A stretch of DNA of 63,827 bases, counting the filler, from Octopus bimaculoides (taxonomy: Eukaryota): the NCBI RefSeq assembly GCF_001194135.2. It is 9 parts of 8 records of this genome, joined end to end, with 100 filler letters (N's around TTAATTAATTAA, not from the genome) between each part and the next. Parts side by side here need not be neighbours in the genome. Positions count along the whole stretch, not along the records: positions 12,780 to 36,315 come from NW_026437004.1; 8 more parts are not named here. The stretch is one strand, 5' to 3'. The translations under genes and the position numbers were made by a program. This document shows positions 14,301-25,559 of this stretch, one piece after another; positions within the stretch are counted from its first letter, which is position 1, and each line of letters opens with the position of its first letter. Below the pieces are notes generated by a model, which made no database searches, was not told the DNA's origin, and was given only the letters and a program-made list of their open reading frames with translations.

Positions 14301-14394
14301 TACATTGTATATATATATATATATAAATATATATATATATACATATATGCACACACACAGATAAACATATTTGGACAGACAGGTAAAAAAAAAA

Positions 14395-14427
<33 letters not shown>

Positions 14428-14679
14428 TAGATAGATAGATAAAACTATATACTCATACATTCATCTTCGCATGTAATATATATTGTAATTGCATTTTATA
14501 TATACACAAATATATGTAAGTATATAGATATATATGTGTGGTTGTATGTATGTATGTATATACCACCGTTGCATCATATGTATATATAGATATATATACA
14601 CCATTTACATCAAACACACACACACACACACACACACAAACGGCATTTACATCAAAGGCATACAAGTATACAACACTTA

Positions 14680-14720
<41 letters not shown>

Positions 14721-14839
14721 CATACACACACACACAAACAACCGCACACACTCACATATATATATATAGATACACACATACACACACACACACACACACA
14801 CTAACAGACGCCTCGCATAGTTCTGCAGTCGGCGGGTAG

Positions 14840-14990
14840 CTGGATCGGTAGATAGGGTGGTGGGACACGAGCTACAGCGATTTGCCTTACCGACGTCACG
14901 AGTTCGCATTCCGCTGACGTTAATAACACACTTTTCTTTTTCTATGAGTTCACCTACCAACCAGCTGTAAGCTGAAACTCTCACAGAACA
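14840..14990 (+). mobile_element. Divergent tRNA-derived SINE head
   Basis: A-box-like TAGCTGGATCGG and B-box-like GAGTTCGCATTCC; no complete cloverleaf. Confidence 0.45.
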
Positions 14991-15129
14991 TTTATAAGTA
15001 TCACATCATCTCATTTCTGCCCCTCCCCTCAAATACATCAAACCCATCATCTCTGTCTATCTTGGGACGTACGTGAAGAATTCTGTTACTTCTTTCTTCC
15101 AGTGAAACAACTGACCATGTTATTCTATT

Positions 15130-15600
15130 TGTGCCCTTCTTTTTGTTTTACGAGTTCAGTGAGAATCGACTGCTATTTCTAGCAGATCGTTCTTCCACGT
15201 ACCAGGTGATTTCGTCGCTTCATGTGTATACGTGCGTATGTTCAATGGGGTGCGATTCGAGGGGTGGTTAGCTGTTATTTCTGTTTTCTGTGCTGTGTAT
15301 ACGTATATATACCACTGACAGTAACCTACATGTTAGCTAAACCTATCAGAAATAACAGCTAAATCTCCCTCTAATCACACCCTACTGTCTCATGTATGTA
15401 CTTATGTATGACCCAGTGAGGGAAACCTCTATATGGTAGCTAGTGATGCCAGAAATAGCAGTCAAATCTCCCTCAAATCATATCTTACTGTCATATGTAT
15501 GTATATATGTATGAGCCAACGAGGGAAGTTCTTACATGGTAACTAGAACCGCTAGAAATAACAGTCAAACTTCAATCAAATCACACTTTACTGTCTAGCT
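15130..15600. repeat. ~103-bp unit repeat (AGAAATAGCAGYCAAATCTCCCTCAAATCAYAC), three tandem copies plus inverted copies
   Basis: Cores at about 15361, 15464 and 15567; reverse-complement remnants at 15150-15290; the same unit recurs at 32880-33080. Confidence 0.7.
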
Positions 15601-16086
15601 TATGTATATCCAGAATTACAGGTAAAAACTCAATTAAAATCAATTTATAAAAAATTAAAATTAAATTGAGCTTTATAGATAAAATATATATAAAATATAT
15701 AGTTTTAGGGAAAATAACCAAGTTATTAAATATATATTATATTTATCTTATGATATTTACTTTGCTTTATATTATANNNNNNNNNNNNNNNNNNNNNNNN
15801 NNNNNNNNNNNNNNNNNNNNNNNNNNNNNNNNNNNNNNNNNNNNNNNNNNNNNNNNNNNNNNNNNNNNNNNNNNNNNNNNNNNNNNNNNNNNNNNNNNNN
15901 NNNNNNNNNNNNNNNNNNNNNNNNNNNNNNNNNNNNNNNNNNNNNNNNNNNNNNNNNNNNNNNNNNNNNNNNNNNNNNNNNNNNNNNNNNNNNNNNNNNN
16001 NNNNNNNNNNNNNNNNNNNNNNNNNNNNNNNNNNNNNNNNNNNNNNNNNNNNNNNNNNNNNNNNNNNNNNNNNNNNNNNNNNNNNN

Positions 16087-16400
16087 NTTAACATGCAAGT
16101 GGCTGAGTGGTCCACAGATACGTGTACCCTTAACGTAGTTCTCGGGGATATTCAGCGTGACACAGTGTGACAAGGCTGACCCTTTGAATTACAGGCACAA
16201 CAGAAACAGGAAGTAAGAGTGAGAGAAAATTGTGGTGGAAGAGTACAGTAGGGTTCGCCACCATCCCCTGCCGGAGCCTCGTGGAGCTTTTAAGTGTTTT
16301 CGCTCAATAAACACTCACAACGCCTGGTCTGGGAATCGAAACCGCGATCCTATGACCGCGAGTCTGCTGCTCTGACCACTGACGTCATTGCACCTCCACA
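16087..16400 (-). mobile_element. tRNA-derived SINE family D
   Basis: Minus-strand head GGTGCAATGACGTCAGTGGTCAGAGC..GGTTTCGATTCCCAGACC; second copy at 34660-34950. Confidence 0.8.
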
Positions 16401-16424
16401 TACATACATATATACATACTGCCT

Positions 16425-16570
16425 AAATACCAATCTTGAGAAGTTAGGCTTCTCAAAACTAGAAAGGAGAAAGCTAATTCGAAGACTACAGATCTAATCC
16501 CTCACTGGAACTGTAAAGATCTGTAAAACTTTCCAGAAGTTCATCATTTAAATATATATGAGCGTGTCTA
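16425..16570 (+). mobile_element. 3' end of an R4/Dong-like RLE non-LTR retrotransposon
   Basis: Encodes CLNTNLEKLGFSKLERRKLIRRLQI..GTVKICKTF; homologous to the end of the RLE fragment at 31370-31500. Confidence 0.7.
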
Positions 16571-16689
16571 GGTTTGTTCGACTAAAGGCGGTGCTCCAGC
16601 ATGGACGCAGCCAAATGACCGAAACAAATAAAATAAAAGTGTACTGTTAGTAGCTCATAAAAATATATTTTGTGTTTATCAAATAACAC

Positions 16690-16880
16690 GCATACACACA
16701 CTACGGGTTTCCTACAGTCTTCGCCATCCAAATTCGTTCTAAAGGAGCTGGCAGATCTGGAGTCATAGTAAAAGACACCTCGAAGACCCATGGAAGACAC
16801 TTAGCAAGTTGCCACGCTGTGGGACTGAACCAGGAAGCATGTGATCGGGAGACAAATTTCTTAACACACAGCCAAGCCAA
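16690..16880 (-). mobile_element. SINE family A head, degenerate
   Basis: GAAGACACTTAGCAAGTTGCCACGCTGTGGGACTGAACC..ACACAGCC. Confidence 0.7.
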
Positions 16881-17084
16881 CGCGCGGACAGAGTTGAGGA
16901 AAAGAAGCGAGATCGTATGAGTGAGTGCGAGTGGTAGGTGGTTGTTAGAGTGAGAGTATGAGAATGTGAGTGAGAGTATGAGAATGTGAGTGAGTGTTTG
17001 GAGTGAGAGTAAGTGAATGTTAGAGAGCGACTACTAGAGTGGCTGTATGTGAGTGAGTGTAAGTCTGCGTTGGAGTAGAGCAGT

Positions 17085-17263
17085 GAGATGGCGGAAACGT
17101 TAGCACGCCGGGCGAAATGCTTAGCGGTATTTCGTCTGTCTTTACGTTGTGAGTTCAAATTCCGCCGAGGTCGACTTTGCATTTCATCCTTTCGGGTTCG
17201 ATAAATTAAGTACCAGTTACGCACTGGTGGCGGTCTAATCGACTTAATCCCTTTGTCTGTCCT
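17085..17263 (+). mobile_element. tRNA-derived SINE family B
   Basis: GGCGGAAACGTTAGCACGCCGGGCGAAATGC..GAGTTCAAATTCCGCCGAGGTCGACTTTGC..GATAAATTAAGTACCAG; copies at 23520, 40265, 55085 and 55412. Confidence 0.88.
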
Positions 17264-17827
17264 NNNNNNNNNNNNNNNNNNNNNNNNNNNNNNNNNNNNN
17301 NNNNNNNNNNNNNNNNNNNNNNNNNNNNNNNNNNNNNNNNNNNNNNNNNNNNNNNNNNNNNNNNNNNNNNNNNNNNNNNNNNNNNNNNNNNNNNNNNNNN
17401 NNNNNNNNNNNNNNNNNNNNNNNNNNNNNNNNNNNNNNNNNNNNNNNNNNNNNNNNNNNNNNNNNNNNNNNNNNNNNNNNNNNNNNNNNNNNNNNNNNNN
17501 NNNNNNNNNNNNNNNNNNNNNNNNNNNNNNNNNNNNNNNNNNNNNNNNNNNNNNNNNNNNNNNNNNNNNNNNNNNNNNNNNNNNNNNNNNNNNNNNNNNN
17601 NNNNNNNNNNNNNNNNNNNNNNNNNNNNNNNNNNNNNNNNNNNNNNNNNNNNNNNNNNNNNNNNNNNNNNNNNNNNNNNNNNNNNNNNNNNNNNNNNNNN
17701 NNNNNNNNNNNNNNNNNNNNNNNNNNNNNNNNNNNNNNNNNNNNNNNNNNNNNNNNNNNNNNNNNNNNNNNNNNNNNNNNNNNNNNNNNNNNNNNNNNNN
17801 NNNNNNNNNNNNNNNNNNNNNNNNNNN

Positions 17828-17828
<1 letters not shown>

Positions 17829-17913
<85 letters not shown>

Positions 17914-17958
17914 ATGAAGGTGTCAGAGAGTGTAGAAATGTGAGTGTGTGAGAGAAAA

Positions 17959-17989
<31 letters not shown>

Positions 17990-18618
17990 TTTTTGCCTAG
18001 GATGGGATGTGTGTGTCTAACAAAAAGCGTCTGAGAAAGAGAGAAAGTGAAAGTGAGTATGTGTGTGTGTGCTTAAGATAAAGTGAGTGCGTAGCTAAGT
18101 GTGTCGAAAAAAGTGTGTATGCGCCTAAGAGAGTTTGTGACTGTGTGAATGAATAACTGGGAACAAGAGAGAGAGAGAGAGAGAGAGGTGCATATGAGAG
18201 AGAGGTGTATATGAGAGAGAGAGAAGTGTGTGTATGCGTCTGTATGTGTATGTGAGGGAGGAAAAGAGAAAGTGGGTAATATGTGTGAGAGAGTGTGTGT
18301 GTGTGTGTGTGTGTAACTGAGAGAGATTGAGTGAGTGAGTGAGTGAGTGAATGAGTAAGTGAGAGAGAGAGAGAGAGAGAGTGCAGGAGTGCGCGCGTGT
18401 GTTAATTAGTGAGTGAGAAGGGGAGATTGTATGTGGATATGTGAATGAGTGAGTGAGTGAGGTGAGTGTATGTGTGTGTGTGCGCGCGAGTGTTTGAATG
18501 AGTGACAAACTGTGTGTGTGTACTTGAGTATGTATGAGTACGTGGTCGAGTGTGTAAATGTGTGAATATGTGTGTGACCGGACCTAAGAGCGTTAATGAG
18601 TGAGAGATAGACAGAAAG

Positions 18619-18651
<33 letters not shown>

Positions 18652-18900
18652 TAGACAGAGAGAGAGAGAGACAGAGAGGGAGAGAGAGAGATACACAGAG
18701 AAAGAGAGAGAGAGATACACAGAGAAAGAGAGAGAGAGATACACAGAGAAAGAGAGACAGAGAGAGAGATAGAGAGATAGACAGAGAGAGAGATAGACAG
18801 AGAGAGAGATAGACAGAGAGAGAGATAGACAGAGAGAGAGATAGATAGTATGATTGAGAGAGAGAGAGAGAGAGAGAATGTGAGTGAGTGAGTGCATAAG
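17829..18900. repeat. Compound (GA)n/(GT)n/(GAGT)n microsatellite field with short 20-24-bp tandem units
   Basis: Direct inspection; the SL/ER-rich ORFs are repeat translations. Confidence 0.9.
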
Positions 18901-19524
18901 TGCGCGTGCGTATCGCGGTAAAACAAAAAAGAAAAAGTGAAGGAGGAGTAAGAAGAGATGAAAAATCAGAAAGAGGCGGAGGGAAAGGAAGAAAGAGGCG
19001 GAGGGAAAGGAAGAAAGGAAGGGGAAAGCCAAAAACCCGAAACGAAAACAAAAACCGAAACGAAAAACTACAAAAAGAGACAACAACAAAAAGAAAGAAG
19101 AACGACGAACGGTTGATGATGGCGGGGACGGCGTTGACGTAGCGGAATGTAAGAGAGGAGCAGGAGGAGGAGAGAGATCGCTAAAAGGCAGACGACAGCA
19201 GCAGCTTTAATCATAATGTTACTACCACTATTACTATATTCCGCCTCCTCCTCCTCCCCTACTACTACTACTACAACTATCTGCTGACGTTTCATTAGAG
19301 GTAGTAGTAGTAGTAGTATTAGTAGTAACGATGCTGATGCTGCTACGACTACTACTACTACTACTACTACTACTAATGTTAATACAGAACTATATTTCCT
19401 GCTACCACTACTGTCCTTTCTGTTAGGGGAGGGTCGATAAATGAAGTACCAGTTACGTACTGGATGGGAGGGAGGGCCGATGTAATCAACTAGCCCTCCT
19501 CTCCCACAAATTTCAGGCCTTGTG

Positions 19525-19680
19525 CCTCTTGCCTACCAGCCACATGGTTCTAGGGTTCAGTCCCACTGCGTGGGACCTTGGGCAAGTGTCTTCTACTATA
19601 GCCTCAGGCCGACCAAAGCCTTGTGAGTGGATTTGGTTGACGGAAACTGAAAGAAGCCCGTCGTATATATGCATATATAT
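19525..19680 (+). mobile_element. SINE family A, 5' half
   Basis: CCACATGGTTCTAGGGTTCAGTCCCACTGCG..GGAAACTGAAAGAAGCCCGTCG. Confidence 0.85.
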
Positions 19681-20152
19681 ACGACAGCCTTTATATATTT
19701 AATCCTTTATATTGAACACTCAATATTTCATCTATTCAATAAGACATATTCCATATATTCAATAAGACATTCAATACTTTATTTCATTGTACCATCCATT
19801 TTTATATTATATATTGTATATTCCATATTCTATATCCCGCATTAATTTTACAAGAATATAAATAAAACATAAAAAACAGACAGAGTTGGAACTCTTTTAA
19901 ACAAAATAATGTACATATATANNNNNNNNNNNNNNNNNNNNNNNNNNNNNNNNNNNNNNNNNNNNNNNNNNNNNNNNNNNNNNNNNNNNNNNNNNNNNNN
20001 NNNNNNNNNNNNNNNNNNNNNNNNNNNNNNNNNNNNNNNNNNNNNNNNNNNNNNNNNNNNNNNNNNNNNNNNNNNNNNNNNNNNNNNNNNNNNNNNNNNN
20101 NNNNNNNNNNNNNNNNNNNNNNNNNNNNNNNNNNNNNNNNNNNNNNNNNNNN

Positions 20153-20186
<34 letters not shown>

Positions 20187-20189
20187 CAT

Positions 20190-20350
20190 ATATACAATGG
20201 GCTTCTTTCAGTTTCCGTCTACCAAATCCACTCACAAGGCTTTGGTCGGCCCGAGGCTATAGTAGAAGACACTTGCCCAAGGTGCCACGCAGTGGGACTG
20301 AACCCGGAACCATGTGGTTGGTAAGCAAGCCACTTACCACACAGCCACGC
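20190..20350 (-). mobile_element. SINE family A, 5' half
   Basis: Reverse complement of the family head and core. Confidence 0.88.
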
Positions 20351-20699
20351 ATGCGCTTAGTTAGTAAACTTGCCGTGCCGGCCGTAATAGTAACGAGTGG
20401 TATACTTCTAGTAATGTAGTAGTAGTAATAGTAGTGGTAATAGTAGTAGTAGTAGTAGTAGTAGTAGTTTATTTTAGTAGTATACAAGTAGTACTAGTAG
20501 TTTGGTAGTGGTGGTGGTGGTGGTGGTGGTGGTGGTGGTAGTAATAGTAGTAGTGTTGGTGATAATAGTAGTGGCAGTGGTAGTAGTAGCCGCAGAGGCA
20601 GTGATGGTGATAGTAGTGGTGGTGGTGAATAAAAAGGTAGGCAAGCTGAAGGTGAACTCAGGTAAACAAACAAATACAACAAAAACGCCTGTAGCGATT

Positions 20700-21720
20700 A
20701 ATAGTGGTGGTGGTGGTTGTAGTAGTAGTAGTAATAGTTACGGTAGTAGTGCTTGAAGTGGTAGTTGAGTGTTGTAGTAGTGATGGCTTTTGTAGTAGCT
20801 GTAGTGGAGGTAGAAGAAACAGTTTTTGTAGTAGTAGTAGTAGTAGTGGTGGTGGTGGTGGTGGTAGCTGCAGCAGTAGTAGTAGTAGTAGTAGTAATGG
20901 TGGTGGTGGTGGTAGCTGCAGCAGTAGTAGTAGTAGTAGTAATGGTGGTGGTGGTGGTGGTAGCTGCAGCAGCNNNNNNNNNNNNNNNNNNNNNNNNNNN
21001 NNNNNNNNNNNNNNNNNNNNNNNNNNNNNNNNNNNNNNNNNNNNNNNNNNNNNNNNNNNNNNNNNNNNNNNNNNNNNNNNNNNNNNNNNNNNNNNNNNNN
21101 NNNNNNNNNNNNNNNNNNNNNNNNNNNNNNNNNNNNNNNNNNNNNNNNNNNNNNNNNNNNNNNNNNNNNNNNNNNNNNNNNNNNNNNNNNNNNNNNNNNN
21201 NNNNNNNNNNNNNNNNNNNNNNNNNNNNNNNNNNNNNNNNNNNNNNNNNNNNNNNNNNNNNNNNNNNNNNNNNNNNNNNNNNNNNNNNNNNNNNNNNNNN
21301 NNNNNNNNNNNNNNNNNNNNNNNNNNNNNNNNNNNNAGTGGTGGTGGTGGTGGTGGTAGCTGCAGCAGTAGTAGTAGTAGTAGTAGTAATGGTGGTGGTG
21401 GTGGTAGCTGCAGCAGTAGTAGTAGTAGTAGTAATGGTGGTGGTGGTGGTGGTAGCTGCAGCAGCAGTAGTAGTAGTAGTAGTAATGGTGGTGGTGGTGG
21501 TGGTACCTGCAGCAGTAGTAGTAGTAGTAGTAGTAGCAATGGTGGTGGTGGTGGTAGCTGCAGCAGCAGTAGTAGTAGTAGTGGAGGTGGTGGTCTTTGC
21601 ACTTGTAATAGTAGAGACGGTGGTGGTAATAGTAGCAGAAGTAGTGGTGGTGGTTCTTGCAGCAGTAGTAGCAGTAGTAGTAGTAGTAGTAGTAGTAGTA
21701 ACTACTGCTGCTGTTGTTGT
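20700..21720. repeat. Compound minisatellite of ~45 bp: (GGT)n-AGCTGCAGCA-(GTA)n-AAT
   Basis: The unit is repeated on both sides of the 20974-21336 gap. Confidence 0.9.
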
Positions 21721-22300
21721 TATTATTGTTACTATTACCATATATGGAAGTAGCACGCTGTCGGTTTATTTATGTTGCTCATAGCACCACTCCCCACCCG
21801 TAGCCCACCCCGCTCTATGCTCCCTCCCCTCCCCCACCAACACACACACAATACTAGAGGGAGAGAAAGAAAAGAAAAGCAGTGAGANNNNNNNNNNNNN
21901 NNNNNNNNNNNNNNNNNNNNNNNNNNNNNNNNNNNNNNNNNNNNNNNNNNNNNNNNNNNNNNNNNNNNNNNNNNNNNNNNNNNNTCAGGAAAAAACCAGT
22001 TTCATGTGTCTGGGAAGTTGGTATTTGTTGATTTCTGTTAGAATTTTCATTCATCTCTTGGATCGTTTTTGAGAAGTTTTGTTTCGCAGTTTCTGTAATG
22101 GGTCCGGTCCCGGCCGGGGGGTTGGATTTGAACGTGTTAACAGCGAGTTATCTTGGGGCTACAGACGGAGAGAGAGAGAGAACATCTTCTGTGGTCGTCT
22201 CTCGGATTTATTCATCAATAAGTTTGTGAATGGACTTTTGAAGAAGAACGAAAATCTGTCCGGCGGCGCGTCGTACCTATTCTGTCAGTCTGTTGGTATA

Positions 22301-22332
<32 letters not shown>

Positions 22333-23051
22333 ATATATATATATTACTGCGTATCTACCTCTCTGTTTGCCTGGTCTGTGTCTACGTATCTATCTGCGTG
22401 TCTATATATCTTTGAATGTATCTGTCTATCTGTCCGTCTGTCTATCTATCCAACTATTAGTCCGTCCGTCTGCCTATCTATCTGTTTATCTATTTGTCTG
22501 TCTATCTCTCCGTTTGTGTCTATCTATCTATCTATCTATCAATCTATCTCTCCGTCTGTGTCTATCTATCTATCTGTCTACCTATCTATCTATCTAGCTA
22601 TCTAGCTGTCTGTCTATCTGTCTATCTATCTATCTATCTATCCGCTTGTGTCTATCTGTCTGTCTATGTCTATGAACGAATGTGTGCGTATGTTTAAGAG
22701 TGTACGCACACGCGCACGAGAGAGAGAGAATAACAGGCGTGCAGATAGCTGAGTGGGTTAAAAAGCTCTCCTTTCAGGTTCGATCCAGCTGCGTGGCATC
22801 TTAGGTAAATATCCTTTAACATAACCAAGAGCCGATTCATATTTCATAAAGCAGTTAGACGGAAACTGCACAGAATCCAGTCGAGTGGACTGTACCCGTA
22901 ATTTAAAAATATAAAAAGGGTACAAGCTCGCTACACACTAAGATATAACGATTCTACTCGAGGTATAATTTAAGGGTACACCTGTCATCGAAATACTCAG
23001 CCAATTATATATAGGTGTGTTTATCCGCTTTTTAATTTTACTTCTGTATAT

Positions 23052-23385
23052 GTGTGGCTCAGTGGTTAGAGCGTCGAGCTTACGTTCGTAAGATTGTGAG
23101 TTCGAATCCCGGACCAGGCTGTGTGTTGTGTTCTTGAGCAAGACACTTTATTTCACCTTGCTCCAGTTCACTCAGCTGTAGAAATGGGTCGCGATGTCAC
23201 AGGTACCAAGCTGCATCGGCCCCTTTGCCTTTCCCTTGGATAACACTGGTGGCGTGAAGAGGGGAGGCCCGTATGCATGGACGACTGCCGGTCTTCCATA
23301 AACAACCTTGCCCGGACTTGTGCCTGGGAGGGTAACTTTCTAGGTGCAATCCCATGGTCAGTCAATGACCGAGGATGGTCTCAGA
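23052..23385 (+). mobile_element. tRNA-derived SINE family C
   Basis: GTGGCTCAGTGGTTAGAGCG..GAGTTCGAATCCCGG, then a TTCTTGAGCAAGACACTTTATTTCAC central domain; inverted copy at 35575-35862. Confidence 0.88.
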
Positions 23386-23393
23386 ATCATATG

Positions 23394-23445
<52 letters not shown>

Positions 23446-23649
23446 TGCGTGTATGTCTGTCTGTCTGTCCCTCTTCCTCCGCTTCACTACTGCTGTTGGT
23501 TTGTTTATGTTTTCGTAACCTGGCGATTCGGCAAAAGAGAACCGATCAAATAAGTACTAGTATGAAAGGCAAAGTCGATCTCGGCGGAGTTTGAACTCAG
23601 AACGTAAATGCTAAGCGTTTTATCTAGCGTGTTAGCGATTCGGTCAAAG

Positions 23650-24052
23650 CATGCGTGGCTGTGTGGTAAGTAGCTTGCTTACCAACCACATAGTTCCGGG
23701 TTCAGTACCACTGCGTGGCACCTTGGGCAGGTGTCTTCTACTTTAGCCCCAAGCTGATCAAAGCCTTGTGAGTGGATTTGGTAGATGGAAACTGAAAGAA
23801 GCCCGTCGTATAGATGTATATATGTATGTGTGTGTATATGTTTGTGTGTCTTTGTTTGTCCCCTCCCCAGCATCGCTTGACAACCGATGCTGGTGTGTTT
23901 ACGTTCCCGTAACTTAGCGGTTCGGCAAAAGACACCGATAGAATAAGTACTAGGCGTCCAAAGAATAAGTCTTGGGGTCGATTTGCTCAACTAAAAAGCG
24001 GTGCTCCAGCATGGCCACAGTCAAATGACTGAAACAAGTAAAAGGGTAAAAG
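23650..24052 (+). mobile_element. SINE family A, complete ungapped copy (an inverted head follows at 24065-24200)
   Basis: Head, core, (TG)-rich middle and tail are contiguous. Confidence 0.92.
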
Positions 24053-24341
24053 AGTGTGTGTGTGTAGTTTCCGTCTACGAAATCCACTCACAAGGATTTG
24101 GTCAGCTCGAAGCTGTAGTACAAAACACTTGCCAAAGTTACCATGCTGTGGGACTGAACCCAGAACCGTGTGGCTGGGAAGCAAGCCTCTTACCACACTA
24201 CTTTATTTCCAAATCTTGCAGCATTTCACACGGAATCTTTTGTCATCTTGGTAAATAAGCCATCCTACCTTCTTTTTTACCTGTAAACCTTCGTCTAAAA
24301 ACACAGGATTTACAGACAAATAAATACGAATTATAGAGGAT

Positions 24342-24383
24342 AAGCGACTCAAAGTTTCATGCCGAAGACAATCATCCAGGCTT
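24342..24383 (-). ncRNA. Hammerhead-like motif with a one-nucleotide core insertion
   Basis: Minus strand: AAGC CTGGATGA T-TGTC-TTC-GGCA-T GAAACT TTG A GTC GCTT. Stem I is 4 bp, stem III 3 bp, triplet GUC, but the core is CUGGAUGA. Confidence 0.4.
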
Positions 24384-24504
24384 GGTCATCCTTGTGCCCT
24401 TTTCCTTTTAATTTAATTTTATTTATTACCTATTTCTGGAAGAAGCAGTTCGCTTGAACGAAACAAATTGGTTAGCTGGCGTCGAAACCGACTTAGAACA
24501 CGCC

Positions 24505-24551
<47 letters not shown>

Positions 24552-24663
24552 AAAATGTGCACATGTATGTGTGAATGTGTATATATATATATATATATAT
24601 ATGAGTGACTGTGCATGTATATATGGATGTGTGTACAACGCTGTAGATATGCTTGTATACTTG

Positions 24664-24745
<82 letters not shown>

Positions 24746-24971
24746 CTATGTATGTGTATATGCATAGACAGACATACATGTGTGTATGCGTATATATATT
24801 TATGGAATGAGAATATATGTACATACAAGTACGTGTGTGTGTGTGTGTGTGAACACACAAACATATCTGAAACAGCTTAAGGCAGTCGGAAAGAAGGGGT
24901 TGTGGTGGCGTATTGTGGAATTCGCGGAACTTCCTTTTAGAAGCAGGGTGGGAAGAATATTAGCAGAGGAA

Positions 24972-25003
<32 letters not shown>

Positions 25004-25201
25004 AGAGGGAGAGAGAGAAATGTGGGGAGAGAGACAATGGGTGAGAGGGTAGCATATATATAGGGCACAAGAAATGGGTAGATGGATAAAGAGAGAGAGA
25101 GAGAGAGAGATAAAGAGAGAGAGAGAGAGAGAGAAACAAATACATGTAGGTAGGCTGATAGGCATGTAGATAAATAGAAATGCAGGCAGACAGATATAGA
25201 C

Positions 25202-25232
<31 letters not shown>

Positions 25233-25417
25233 GACAGGCAGGCAGGCAGGAAGACAGACAGACAGACAAACAAGCAGACAGTTACTTAGATAGATATATA
25301 GATGCGCACACAGACAGACAGGTAGTTACACTGACAACAGACAGACACACAGACAAACAGGTAGTTACACGGACAGACAGACAGATAGATAGATAGATAG
25401 ATAGATAGATAGCTAGA

Positions 25418-25457
<40 letters not shown>

Positions 25458-25559
25458 TAGGCAGGCACAGAGACAGATATATAGATAGACAGGGAGACAA
25501 ACCGAATAGATAGACAGATAGATAGATAGATAGACAATGAGAGAGAGAGAGACAAAGGG

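Noticed and set aside
20658-21784. Mucin-like Thr/Ala-rich 350-aa ORFs
   Set aside because: Open in four frames because the repeat lacks stops; no signal peptide, splice context or unique sequence.
23052-23125. tRNA gene
   Set aside because: A/B boxes are present, but it continues into a SINE body with another copy in the window and has no proper acceptor stem. The same applies to the other SINE heads.
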